From: the human T2T-CHM13v2.0 reference genome, Homo sapiens
Strand: one strand, 5' to 3'
DNA: 64,000 nucleotides
Assembly (NCBI RefSeq): GCF_009914755.1
Contig: NC_060938.1
The position numbers and the translations under genes were made by a program. Positions 42,392 to 61,130 of this stretch are shown one piece after another. The notes under the pieces were generated by a model. It was not told where the DNA came from and did not search any database. It saw only the letters and a list, made by a program, of their open reading frames with translations. The first letter of the stretch is position 1. Each line of letters starts with the position of its first letter.

Positions 42392-43755
42392 ACAGCTGAC
42401 CTCTGCTGAGCGCTTACTACATGCCAAGCACTGCTCTGAAAGTTTAACATACCATTCACTCATGTAATCCTCATATTAATGCACATTTACTCACGTGGAA
42501 GCCGAGTTCCAGGGCATTTGTCACTTACCAAATGTCACATAGCCAAAATTTGAATTTGAGCCCAGGTAGTCCAGCTCTGGGACCCTGCTGTGGGCCTTCC
42601 TGCTGGGCCACCTCAAGGGCATTGAAAGCCAGCCCCACCCCACTGGGACACAAGTTCAGAGAAGGGCAGAGCTGGCTGCCTGTCCAGTGCTTCTTTCACT
42701 CCACCACCTACAGCTGGCCGCTGAGGGAGCATTCACATGTGACTCTGTCCCCAGGGACTCCGATCTTGCCTTAAAGTCCTCCAGGGCCTCTGGGGATGGG
42801 GGCACAGCCTTCACCCTCACCCGCTCTAATCCAACCTCTAGTCAATAGCCAGGATCAGATTCTCAGAGAGGGGCTGCCCTGCCCAGTGCCACACAGCTTA
42901 GTGCTGGAGCCTCAGGGTCAATGCTGCAGGGGTGGCCCAGTGTCCAGGACTGTGTTCAAGACATCAGTCAGAGGTCACAACATCCCAGGCCCTAGACTGA
43001 GCCTAGGGGTCACCATGTTGATACCTTAGAAATGTTTGGGAGGTTCAAGGAAGCTGGAAACTGGGTTCCAGTCCTGGCTCTGTGCCTCTCTGAGTCTCAT
43101 TGCAAAATAGAGGTCACCAGAAGGATTACTGGATGAAAAATGAGGTAGCATTGCAGACGTGCATGGCACGTACACTCTAGGTTGCTTCCTAGACAGAAAG
43201 CTCAGTTCGAGGCTGGTGGCATCCATGCTGGCAGCAGCCAACTGTCTGCGACAGAGTGAGGAGGGGCATGCCACGTGAAGGACCAGCATCAGAATGACAT
43301 GGGAAGAAACTCTCACAATAGCAGAAGAAAGAGCTCCTTCAGCCTAACATGTAGAACTCAAGTCTTCTTGTCGCGCTTCTGTCCCCTCGCCCCTCCTCCC
43401 CCACTGAGAACTAGCTTTTACTGAGCAGTTATTACATGCCAGCTACCTCGGGTGTGTCAGCTCATTTAATCTTGACAACAGCTCCACGAGACACCCTCAA
43501 TATCACTGTCCCTGTTTTCCAGATGAGGGGACAGATTCCTAGGGTGTTATGTAAGTGGTCCCCGGGGCTTTAGAGGCAGGTTTGCACCAAGGCCCATTCT
43601 CCCAGAGCCGGATCCTTCTCCTTCCCTGGGATACAGCACCTCCACCCTGCCAGGCCACCCATGTAAAGGCAGCCAATTCAGAGCCACCTCTTATGCCTGC
43701 ATCTCCCCCAACAATTCCTGCTGGGAAACCACTCCTCGTATGGTGTCATCTACAC

Positions 43756-43910
43756 CAGTGGGTTTCAAGCTTGAGAAGAATCAAGTTCTACAGGGCTGCT
43801 TAAAACACAGGTTGCTGGGTCCTGTCTCTCAGAGTTTTTGACTCAGTCTTGGTTGAGAATTTTCAGTTCTAGAAGCTCCTGGGTAATGCTAATCCTCCTG
43901 TTCTAGGGGC
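43756..43910. mobile_element. MER5A-like DNA transposon
   Basis: Resemblance to MER5A consensus. Confidence 0.6.
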
Positions 43911-43927
43911 CATAGTCATTGTCCATA

Positions 43928-44541
43928 CTGGTGCTATCCAATAGAAACATAATGTGAGCCAAATAGGTAATTTAAAATCTGCTTGTAGCCATGTTAAAAA
44001 AGTAAAACAGGTAAAATTAATTTTAATAATATATTTTATTTAACCCAACATATTCAAAATATTATCATTTTAACAGGTACCTATATATAAATATCAATTT
44101 TTTTTTTTTTTTGAGACAGGGTCTGGCTCTGTCACCCAGGCTGGAGTGCAGTGGTCCCATCACTGTTCACTGCAGCCTCAAACTCCCAGGCTCAAGTGAT
44201 CCCTCCACCTCAGCCTCCTGAGTAGCTGAGACCACAGGCATATGCCACCATGCCTGGCCAGTTTTTTTGTTTGTTTGTTTGTTTTCATTTTTTGTGGTCT
44301 CCCTATGTTGCCCAGGCTGGTCTTGAGCTACTGTTCTCAAAAGATCTATTGCCTCCACCTCCCAAAGTGCTGGGATTACAGTTGTGAGCCACTGTGCCTG
44401 GTGACCTTTTTTTTCCATTCTTTTTTGGTATTAATCTATGATATCTGGTGTGTATCTTACACATAGCACATCTCAATTGGACTAGCCACATGTCAAGTAC
44501 CAGAAAGCCACATGTGGCCAATGGCTGCCACATTGGATAGC
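43928..44541. mobile_element. MER33/MER3-like hAT element with inserted minus-strand Alu (44098-44400)
   Basis: TIR-like GCTATCCAAT / ATTGGATAGC. Confidence 0.7.
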
Positions 44542-44999
44542 TTACTCCAGACCCTCCAGTGAAGGAGCAGGTGGTTGGCCACGTGCTTCCAGGCAGCGCT
44601 GCCCACCCAGGAAAAGGGCTTTCAGCCCTGGGACCTGGAGCCTTGGTATGCAGCCTGTGTTCCCTTACCTGATCACAGGATAGCTGGGAGCATCAAATGA
44701 GGTGGTGATGGGACAGCTGTGGGCTTGGTGCCTAGGGAGAGGGGAGACTGTTGGCTCACAGATGGGAACGGCAACTGCTCTGGAAGTGCTGCTCCTGGGG
44801 TAAGCCATGGTCATGTTGAGCCAGAGATCACTGGTGCTGCCCGATGTGTCAGAGAAGACGTATGCCCACTCCTCTCCTTAGCCGTATTTGGAGAGGTTCA
44901 CGCTGACCACTGCTCCCTGATGCTGCTCTACACCTGCTTTCTGTGGGGCTCCAGGCTGTGCCTGGAGCTGTTCAGGACCTGGCTCTTCCCTCAAGGAAC

Positions 45000-46017
<1,018 letters not shown>

Positions 46018-47039
46018 GTACCATTGTTCCAGGGGTCTGGAGAGACAAGGCAAGAGAAAGTCCTCTCCAGACAGTGCGATGCACTGTGTAATCTCAGGGA
46101 GCCGTTCCACAAACTGGATACTAAATGTGATGCCGTCACATTTCTTTTCTAGCTAACCACCCCAACCCACCTTCCAGTGCGCAGGAATCCACACCCTCCT
46201 TCTTGCAGCCTCATCCTCCCTCCAAATTGCCCTCAAGCCCCGGAGCTTTCACAGCCCACAGGGGACCTGGTGGCTCCGTTCCACACCTCACCCCAGCAGG
46301 GCCAGCCTGAGTTACCCTGTGGGCCTGCGGCTGCCTGTCACCGCCGCCACACGGGGGCGCCATAGCAAGCCAACATCCCCGAGTCCAACTGGGCGGCCGG
46401 GCCAGGCGCCGGGGGGATGGATGCTCTGCTGCCCACCTGTCCAGGCTGCGGTGGCCCCGAGGGCAGAAGTCCCGCCTCCTCCGTGCTGGGCACGGCTCTT
46501 AAGACTTGGCCGTCTCCGTCGCCCCTCAGCCCACACCCCTAACAGCCATGTCCCATGTCCCTAGCTATACCTGGGAAGGCGGTACCAAGGTCCCCTTCGT
46601 TTTCCAACCCCCAACCTCTCCAGGACTGGCTCAAGCGTGGGGCAGGGGCATTGCCTCTTCTCAGAAACCCAGCAGCATCTACACTCCCTGGGCCTCTACC
46701 TCCAGCCCGGGGGACCTTTACCTGGGCTAGGAGTGGGCACACCTGGCCTTCCCCTGCCACGACTTTCACGCTGGGTGGTCCCTCGGGATAGGAATTGGGA
46801 ACTAAAACGCCCAGAATTGGCCTCATCTTCATACGGGATGGGCAAGGAGACGCGGGTTACGACAGAGGGGGAAGCCCTGGTCATTATTTCGAAAATACCT
46901 TCTCCTCCGCTACCCCCGCCTCCCCGGCACATTTCCCGCTTTCCCTGGAGGGCGGACCCAGATTTTCATCCCTCCAACTCCAACTCCTTCGGGCCTGAGC
47001 CAGCGCCTCAGATGGGGCTTCGCCTGGTCTAGGAGGGTC

Positions 47040-48200
47040 CGCAGGCCCCCGAGTCTCTGGGAGAACAGCCTCCGGCCACGCCGTGCGCTCTCGGTCGCAG
47101 ACACAGGCGTCCCTGGGTCCCGCAGGATCCTGCCACCAGCCCGCGGGCCCCGCTGGCGGACCACGGGCGCTAGGCGTGGACTGTCCGGGCGGAGGAGGCG
47201 CCCCGGGGCAACTGGAGAACAACTTTGGGGGTCTGGGGTTCCAAGGAGAAGTTTGGGAACAGTCGGCGTTATGCGGACTTTTGCAGGCTGGGATGGGGTT
47301 TCCGGGCAGGTTTGGGGGAAAAAGGAAGGGGCCTAAGACCGCGCGCGGAAAGATGCCGTTATTTGGAGGCGCCGAAGCGGGCGGAGCCAGCCAGCAGGAC
47401 TTCGCGCCGCCGCCGGGCCAGAGCGCTGAGGATCGGCGTTGCCAGGGACAACGCGTTCTGGGCGGAGCTGCTGCTGGGGCGGACCTGAGTCTGAAGAGGT
47501 GGGGGCGGAGCCTGGGGGGCTGAGCCAGAAGCGGAGTTGTGATTGGTGAAAACCACATGCTCGGGGTGGGGCCTGGGCTGGGGCGGTGTGGAGGTTGGGG
47601 CGGAGCTCTGGGGGGCGGGGCGGGGCGGGGGAGGGCCCGGAGCGCCGGAGCCGGAGGCGGAGACGTGGTTGGCGGGGACTGTGCGCCCTGGGAGGGGTCG
47701 GAGTCGGCGGGGGCGGAGCCGAGCGGGCGGGGAGGGTGCTGGGTCGCGCCTGGCCTGGGGCCGAGGCGGCGCGCGGCGCTGACAGCTGAGTCGGCTCGCG
47801 GCCTCCCGGCCCCCTCGGCGCCCGGCCCGACCCTGGCCTGGCCTGCCCTGCCCCGGAGCCATGAGCCCCGGGCTGCTGCTGCTCGGCAGCGCCGTCCTGC
47901 TCGCCTTCGGCCTCTGCTGCACCTTCGTGCACCGCGCTCGCAGCCGCTACGAGCACATCCCCGGGCCGCCGCGGCCCAGGTGAGCGGGGCTGGGGGCGGG
48001 GCCTGGCTGGGGTGCTGGGACTGGGGGCCTGGGGACAGCGTCTAAGCCGGCGTCCAGGCCGGGGGTCCGGCCTCGCCTAGCGCGCGCGGCCGCTGGGAGT
48101 CGGCGGCCCCGAGAGGGGCGCTAACTATTCTTAGTAACAAATTACTCACAGCCGCAGCAGCTGCTGGGCGCCCACCGCGCACAGCTGGGCCCCACAAACG
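47040..48200 (+). promoter_or_regulatory. CYP46A1 TATA-less CpG-island promoter
   Basis: Multiple Sp-type GGGGCGGAG/GGGGCGGGG boxes at 47475-47720, inverted CCAAT (ATTGG at 47542), G4-capable G-runs at 47563-47635, no TATA box. Confidence 0.88.
47861..47979 (+). CDS. CYP46A1: CYP46A1 exon 1 (ER signal-anchor, Pro-rich hinge)
   Basis: gccATG; MSPGLLLLGSAVLLAFGLCCTFVHRARSRYEHIPGPPRP; AG|gtgagc; 119 nt. Confidence 0.97.
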
Positions 48201-51200
48201 TGATGGCAGCCACAGCCCTTTCAGGTAGGCGCTATTGTTAACCCATCGTTCAGACGAGGAGACTGAGGCGCTCAGAGGCGAAGTCACCTGCCCAAGGTCA
48301 CACGGTTGGTAAGCCTAGATTTAAGCCCAGGTCAGCCTGCCTCCAAAGTGGGCGCTGTTAACTTTGGGACTTGGACAGGGTCAGCCTGGATTGGAGCACG
48401 CTGTACTTCAGTCATGTTTCCTTTTGCTTGTATTTCTGTTCTGGGACACCCCATTTGTCTTCTCCTTAGTACTTACAATTGCATTCTTGGTCCCCACCCC
48501 CACGCAACTTACACCCCCCTCAACTTGCCAACCCCCCCCCCCCAGCTTAGCTTTGTGAAGCTTAAATTAAATGTGTCATTTCCCTGCTCCAAGGGCTTCC
48601 CATCACTTGACAACTAAATGCAGTTCTAAATTAAGTCGGCTGCATGGCCCGCGAGGCCCCTGCCGAGCACTCAGAACCCACTCTGCAGCTTGCTCTTTCC
48701 TCTTGCTTTCTCACTACTGCCCCCAGCCTTTCTTCTCCCAGCCTCCCCCTCCCCCCGCCCCCCCCCCGCAGCTTCCCTCCCCCCGGGTCCTTTTCTCAAG
48801 CCTGGGCCTGGCGGGCTTCTTCCTCTGCTTGTCTCAAACAGGCCTTGCCCAGCACCTTGTGTAAAGACCACCCAGCCCCAGACTTCTCAGGGGCCATCAC
48901 CTCTGAGGTTACCTTCTTTCCACCTGTTGACTGTCTGTTCACCTGTTGACTGTCTCCCCCTCTAGAATGTGAGCCCCGGGAGGACAGGGACACTCTGTGT
49001 TCGCTTGTGTATCCCCAGTGCCTGGCGTGTTGCAGATCTCAATAAATATTTGTTGAATGAATGAATAAACAATTGTATTAGACACACTTTTTAAAATCTC
49101 AGGACATGAATATTCTGGAAGGCACCCATCTCCAGCACAAGCCAGATGTACTGGCGTTAGAAGCCTGAATCTCTGCTTGATGGGTTCAGGAAAGATCTCT
49201 GTGGCTGGTGACATAGGGAGGCACCTGTTCTCCCTGCTGGCTCTCTGCCCTTCTGGTGCTCTCTCTCTCTCTCCTTGCTTAGCTCCTCTGCCTTCTACTT
49301 TACCTGGATGCTTCTTCCCCCAGCCTTCCAGGTTTGGCTTCAATGCTAACTCCTCAGGGAGGTTCCTCCTGCTCCCCCAAAAATATTATGTTCATTTTAT
49401 AAACCCTGAAATCACTGTAATTTTCCTTTACAGCATAATGTTAATTGGGCAATTATTTGTGCAAGTTTTTCCTAAGTGTCTCTTTTCCATGGGCCCCCTG
49501 TCTGTCTCAGTCACTGCTGCATCTCCGACATGTAGCAGCACATTGTACATGCATAGTAGACACTCTATGAATAGCAATTCAAGGTTGAATGGTGGAAATC
49601 TCCCGTAAGTTCCGTGGTGGACACTATCACCCTCTCAAGTTTTCAGAGAAGCCATCAGCACTTAGAATTGAATGAGTTTGGTGCTTGTTCTGATAAGTTT
49701 CATCGTTACTTGGTCTTCTCATAAACTCAAATGACCTGTTCTGGTCTCTGTGTCTTGAGAAAGCAGAATTTAAATCATCTTAAAAAAAATTGAAATGTAA
49801 CTTGCATTCCACAAAATGTATTCTTTAGTGTATGATTCAGTGGTTTTTGGTACATTCACAGCACTGTGCAGCCATCGCCACCGATTTCAGAACTGTTTTG
49901 TCACCCCAGAAAGAAACCCCGTACCCATTAGCCATCACTCCTCATTTTCTCCCACCCCTCACAGCCCTGGCAACCATGAATCTGCTTTCTGTCTCTGTGG
50001 ATTTGCCTGTTCTGGACATTTCATATAAATGGAATCATACAATATGTGGCCTTTTGTGTCTGGCTTCTTTCACTTAGTATAATGTTTCAAAAGTTCATTC
50101 ATGTAGTAGCATGTATCCTTATTGCTTTCCTTCTTATGGCTAAATTCTTCCCAAATCTTATACCACAGAGTCTACATGTGACCTGAGTGTGTGGGGTGCG
50201 GAGGGAGCAGTGGGAGGAAGATGAATATAATCATGATTGGGCTATTTATTCTAAGGAGGTGAACTGAACAATGCATATATAAAAAGATTTTGGATTAAAA
50301 ATTGGTTAGTGGTCAAATATAAAACTGCACTAAATGAAAGTTCTGGAAACTCTTCTAGCAGAAACCCGATGCCTTGACATTAAAAGCCTGGATCTTTAAA
50401 CTATGATTGGCGATACTGTGGTTGACGAGAGATCTGTGTGTTGAGTCTCCAGTAGTAGCATTTGCCCCCGGGTACCCCAGGGCTTTGCCAGCTGGCAGGC
50501 AAGGAACCCTCTCGCTGCAAGAGGCAACTCTTCATCTTCCTCATTCTACAGGAGGCCCTCCCTCAGTGCCCCTCCTCTGTGCTTTTCTTACCACATCCTA
50601 CTGCACCGATCCGTGTAACAGCTGAAAACTCAGACCCCCACACTCAGATCCCACACAAACACCTGTAGCTTCTTTATTTCTCTGTCACTGTTCTAACTTC
50701 CCTCATCAGCCCCTACTCTCCTGGTAATGTGGGAGTGGATGTAAACTTGACAATGAAAGGTCTTTCTCTCCCAATTTTTATTTATTTGGGGATAAATTGA
50801 CTCCTCCTGGACAGTTCTGGTTCCACTCCGATTTGCCCAGTTGCTGGGGTGGGGCTGTTCAGCAAGGAGCAGGGTGGCCAGCCATGGGGGAGCCCCACAG
50901 CTGGCTCTGGCGGGTGGTGCATCTGATGAGCTTTGGGTGCCCAGCTGAGCACTCGCCACCCTGCCCCTCTGGCATGAGCCACAATCATGGTCCCTCACCC
51001 TCACGCTTACCCCTAGTGGGTAGCCCGCTCCTCCACTACTGGAGCATTCCCTTCATCCCTCTGGGTGACTTCACTGTGGGCTCTCCAGATGGCCTCTCCT
51101 CGTTCACTGGCCAAGGTTTTCTCTGCCCACAGGAGAGCTTGGGTCCCCACTCAGCCAATCATGATGTTGCAGGAAACTGGATGTGCTGGAGAGGTGTGGG

Positions 51201-53618
51201 GTGGTGGGCGGTGGGGGATTGCCTCTCCTCTCTCCCAGGGCTGCTCTGCTGTGTCCAGTCTATCACCAGGGACATGCCAAGTGGGCTTCTGCCTGCCGGG
51301 GCGCTGAGCAACAAGTCCCCATGTCTGGCCATGGTGTTAGCCTTACCTGCTTGTTTTTAACACCTGGGTCTTCCTGTTCTGTTGTCGCCTCCCCAGCGCC
51401 CCCTGCAGGTGCCAGAAGGAATGGGTTTTTTTTTCCCCTTTCTTGGTGGGCCATGAGGACCCCACCCCTCTCTGTGCCCTCTGTCTTCCTGAGATGGCAC
51501 TCACCTTCCTTCCCATGTGGCAGGGAACCCCAGGGGTTAGGGTGGAAGCTCTGGGCTCAGACTCTGTCCTCACTTAAGTGACTCAAAACTGAGAACATTC
51601 CCCCAGAATGTGAGCTTTGGGAAGCGACAATGAGGACACTAGATTACTCTGGAAATACATCCAGGCATGTGTGATGATCACAGCCCATCTTCCTGCAAGT
51701 TCAAGGCCACTCACCTGGCGTGGGCCTCCACTGCGGGCAGGCGGCCACCCCGTACTTCCTTCCCCAGGGCGTTTATTCGCCTACTCTCCCTTCCTGCTTC
51801 AGTCCCCATCACCTCCCCCTCCATCCGCACTCTCAGCTTTTATTCTTGCCTCCTACTTCCCTGAGCAAAGGGAGCAGCCGGTGAGAGTTTCCTTCCTGGG
51901 CTCCACTGAGCAGCTGCCCACCTCCTGCCCCAGGCCCACGCACACCTTCCAGCTGTTCCGGGAGGGTAGCCCAGGCCAACCTGCCCCCTCTGCTCAGCAA
52001 CCCTGTCCTAGGAGCACCCCCACCTCCAAATCAGCACTTTTCCTCCTCTTCTGCATCATCCCCATTTTTATATAATATGTAAGAATTCAAAGCTTGGAAC
52101 AAAACCTTTCCCTTCACCCTCTCGTTCCCTGTAGCTGCCGCCCCCTATGGTAACCCACCTGGCTGACTGCCTGCCTTTGGGCCTCCCTTTTCTCCCCTCT
52201 GGTTCTCTCTGCCCCATACCTCTCCACCAAACTTGCTGGGGGCTCGGTTCCCGGTGATCTCCATGTTGTCGCACCCAGCCGTCAGCCCTGGATCCTCGTC
52301 TGACCTGGCCCCCAGCAGCCTGGGCAGAGCCGATGCCCCCTCCGCCTTGTCCCGCATCCTCCTCTGGCTTCTCACCCAACTCTCCTGGCTCTCTTCCCTC
52401 CTCCCCAGTGCTCCCGCTCAGTCCACTTGGCTGGCTGTCCCTATGCTCCCAACTTCTCAGTGATGGCTTAGTTCTTGGTCCTCTTCTCTGTCTGTATCCA
52501 TTCCCTTGTGGCCTCATCCAGTCACTGGGCTGGAAATACCACTTCTCTGCTGTGGGCTCTCAAATTTATGTCTCTAGCCTACAGCCCTTCCCTGGGCTCC
52601 AGATCTGAGTGTCTAACTTCCTGCTCAATAGTCCACCACAAACCTTACCGGTCCCAAGCCAAGCTCCTAATTTCATCTGCTTGTCTGAGATTGGTCCCCC
52701 CAAAGCTGATCCTGAGATAAGAAATGAAGTGTAAGTAGTTTAGGAGGTGGGGGATGATCCCAGTTTGAGCAGTGGGAGGAGGAGAGTGGATAAAGAAGGT
52801 AAACAAACCAATAAAACAAGTTACCTCTTGGGGAAACAGGTGCAATTCCCTGGGAACCCTGGGGACTTGTGTAGAGCACATGCCCAGAGCTACCCCAGAA
52901 GTGGAGGGGCTGAGGTCATTGGTGGAGGGCTGCTCAAAGTGGGTTCATCTCCTGTGGGCAGAGCCAGAGACGGCCCTGGCAAATTGCAGGGGGTGGGCAC
53001 GGTGGCTCTGCCACCCCAACCAGCTCCTCCTCATCTTGGTAGATGGTCGCTCCATCCATTCTTCCAGCAGCCCAGGCCAAAAACACAGAGTCATCCTCAC
53101 ACCCCCATAGCCAAACGGCACGTTCCAGTATTCCGCCTCACAGAGCATTCAGAATCTGACCTCTTCTTATCATTGCCTCCGCTGCCCTGCTCTGTTCTGA
53201 GCCCTCGTCACCTCTCCCAGTCCTTCCCTGTCACTAGTGTCCCTGCTTCCTCCCCTACCCTGGTTACTCTCTGCACTGCTGCAAAACAATCCATTCAAAC
53301 CCAAGTCAGATCCCATCTCTGCTCTGCTCAAAACCCTCTAGTGGACCCCAGCTCACCAAAGTCAAAGCAAAAATCTGGACCACAGCCCACAAGGCTCTAC
53401 ATGACCTGCCCCCAGTCTTGGTGACCCACCTTGTACTCTGTTTCCCTCAAGTACTCTGCCCGAGCCACACTGGCTTCCTCACTGTCCAAGCACACTCTGA
53501 CCTCAGGACCTTGGCACCTGCTGTTCCCATTGCTTGGAAGGCTCTTCCCCCGCTTCTTGCAGGTCTCATCTCACAAGCCACCCTCTTAGAGGGACACTGC
53601 GTGCCCTGCCTGCATTAA

Positions 53619-53748
53619 CCCATTTATGCCTGAGGTTGCAATTTTTTGAATTTGAAAAATCAGACCTTGGTGTTGACCTTGAGCAGTAGGACATAAATAA
53701 CTTCCACAAGCTTAGCGTTCCAATAATGGAACACTAGGCATAAATGGG
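53619..53748. mobile_element. MER85 piggyBac (PGBD3-derived) MITE
   Basis: Perfect 13-bp TIRs CCCATTTATGCCT / AGGCATAAATGGG; TTAA on the left, TTTTAA on the right; internal palindrome GTTCCAATAATGGAAC. Confidence 0.93.
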
Positions 53749-54523
53749 TTTTAAACGGACACCCACACACTCATCCCCAGCCCTTCCTCTTCCCCGTACT
53801 CTGTTCTCTTTTTCTCCTATCACCCTCTGACATTGTCTTTACTTGTTTATTTACTCTCCGCCTTTCCCTGGGAGAATGTGATTTTGTTGTCACCCATTGG
53901 GGATGCTGCATTGAGCTTGGTAGGAATAAAGTCATACAGGAGACAGGAAGTCATGGGCCCCTTGGAATGAGCTTCAGGATGACACTGCACTGGCTTCTTT
54001 ACAATTTGGTGAACACAGCAGATTTATATGACCAAACCATCCCTTGCTGAGATGGGCTTTGGGGAGCCCTGGTACCAGCTGTGCAATTGTGGGCAAATGA
54101 CTTCACCCTTTCATCTCGGCTGTCCTATATAATACGGTTAATAACAGACTGATCAGCCATGTGGGGAGGTTGGAGGGGTGAAGCCTAGCGTGGTGGTGCC
54201 CAGCCTGGTCAGTATTGGGGAATATCTGAGGGTGATCCCACACAATATTATTGAGTCCTTTCTATCTGCCAGCCCCCAACTTCTGTGCCAGGGAGACAGG
54301 AAAAAAAACTGTTTCTTCTCCAAGGGGGTCTTTGGAGCTGGTCAGACCTGGGTTTGCATCCTGTCTTCATTCTTACTGCCTGGTGTCCCTGAGCCAGTGC
54401 TGTAACCTCCCCATGCCTCGGTCCTCCTGTCTGTGAAGTGGGCCTAGTAATAAGATCTTGTGGGGAAGGGAGCGTTCTTTCCTGTTGACTGCTGGTAAGC
54501 CTAATGTTTCCTGTTTCTTCTAG

Positions 54524-54604
54524 TTTCCTTCTAGGACACCTCCCCTGCTTTTGGAAAAAGGATGAGGTTGGTGGCCGTGTGCTCCAAGATGTGTTTTTGG
54601 ATTG
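54524..54604 (+). CDS. CYP46A1: CYP46A1 exon 2
   Basis: ttcttctag|T; FLLGHLPCFWKKDEVGGRVLQDVFLD; TG|gtgggt; 81 nt. Confidence 0.96.
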
Positions 54605-55109
54605 GTGGGTTCTCATTTGTCACTTGTTGCCCTTACTCCAGGTTCCCTTGGGGCAGCTCCCCCAACCCAATCCAGCACACAGACTCCCAGCCTCACCTTC
54701 CCCTAGCCCAGGTTACTCCCAGCCCCAGCAGTTCCTCCCCTGAGTGGAGGCAAGTGAGGCTGGCTTGGAAGCCATGCTCTGCCATTCATCCACTGCAGGA
54801 CCTTAGACCAGCCGTCAGAAGCTCTCTGAGCCTCAGTTTCCTCATCTGTAAACTGGGTGGGGGGGTGTGACCAGGTAACAGTCATTGTTTGGTGTGACAC
54901 TTTTTTACATTTTTCAAAGTACTTTCAAAGATGCGAATCATTTGATTCCCAGGACAACCTTTTGGGACAATCAAAGAAGGAGTGTTTCCAACCCTATTCC
55001 ATGGCTGTGGAAACTGAGGCCTGCTGGGGGACATGACTCGGCAAGTGAGCAACAGGGCAGAGCCTTGCCCCCGGGGCTCCTGGGCCCCAGGACAGCACTC
55101 TTTTGGTAG

Positions 55110-55388
<279 letters not shown>

Positions 55389-55755
55389 TGAATGTTCCAG
55401 AGCCAGGCGCATTTCGGCTGGTTTCCCAAAGATCCAGAAAGGAATGGCATCTTTCCCTCTAAGCACCCACTCCTTGGGGACTCTTGCAAGCATTGCCTTT
55501 TGATGTGGGGAGTAGATGGGGACCTTGCTGTCCCCATTTGGGTTGGAAGTTTTGCCCAACTAGTGCACACACGTTTAGTTTGCCTCTCTTTGCCTCAGTT
55601 CCTTCATCTGTGAGATGGGAATTATAACTCTATCTCCAGGGCTATGATAAGAATTAAAAATTGATCAGTTTATTTAACAAATAATATGTCAAAACATCCT
55701 TAAAGAGTGCTTACTATGTACTTTTCTATGCACTTCACAATTAGTGACGCATTTA

Positions 55756-56568
<813 letters not shown>

Positions 56569-56879
56569 TCAATAAACAATGATGCATTTTTTTTCTTACC
56601 ATGGGTGCGCAGCAGATGTGTGGGGCAATTCTCTGCAATGGAGGGTGGCTGTGGTGACTCTGAGAGGGATAAAATACAACTTACAGTCAAGACAAGGAGA
56701 CAGGTTGAATGAATAACCAGGAATCTCTAGCAGAATGTTAAAAATAATTTTTCATTAAAAGTTTAATTTCAAACATAGACACAATTTAAGACTTGTAAAA
56801 GCATGCTACCAAAAACCATGCACAAAGACTTTCGTGATGCTTAATGAGAAAAGAAGTTTAAAGATATATATTGATATAG

Positions 56880-61130
<4,251 letters not shown>

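Noticed and set aside
48010-48042. REST/RE1 half-sites (GGTGCTG...GGACAGCG) in CYP46A1 intron 1
   Set aside because: Orientation and spacing do not match a canonical RE1; expected by chance in GC-rich DNA
46884-48045. Overlapping long ORFs at the CYP46A1 promoter
   Set aside because: CpG-island artefacts lacking stop codons
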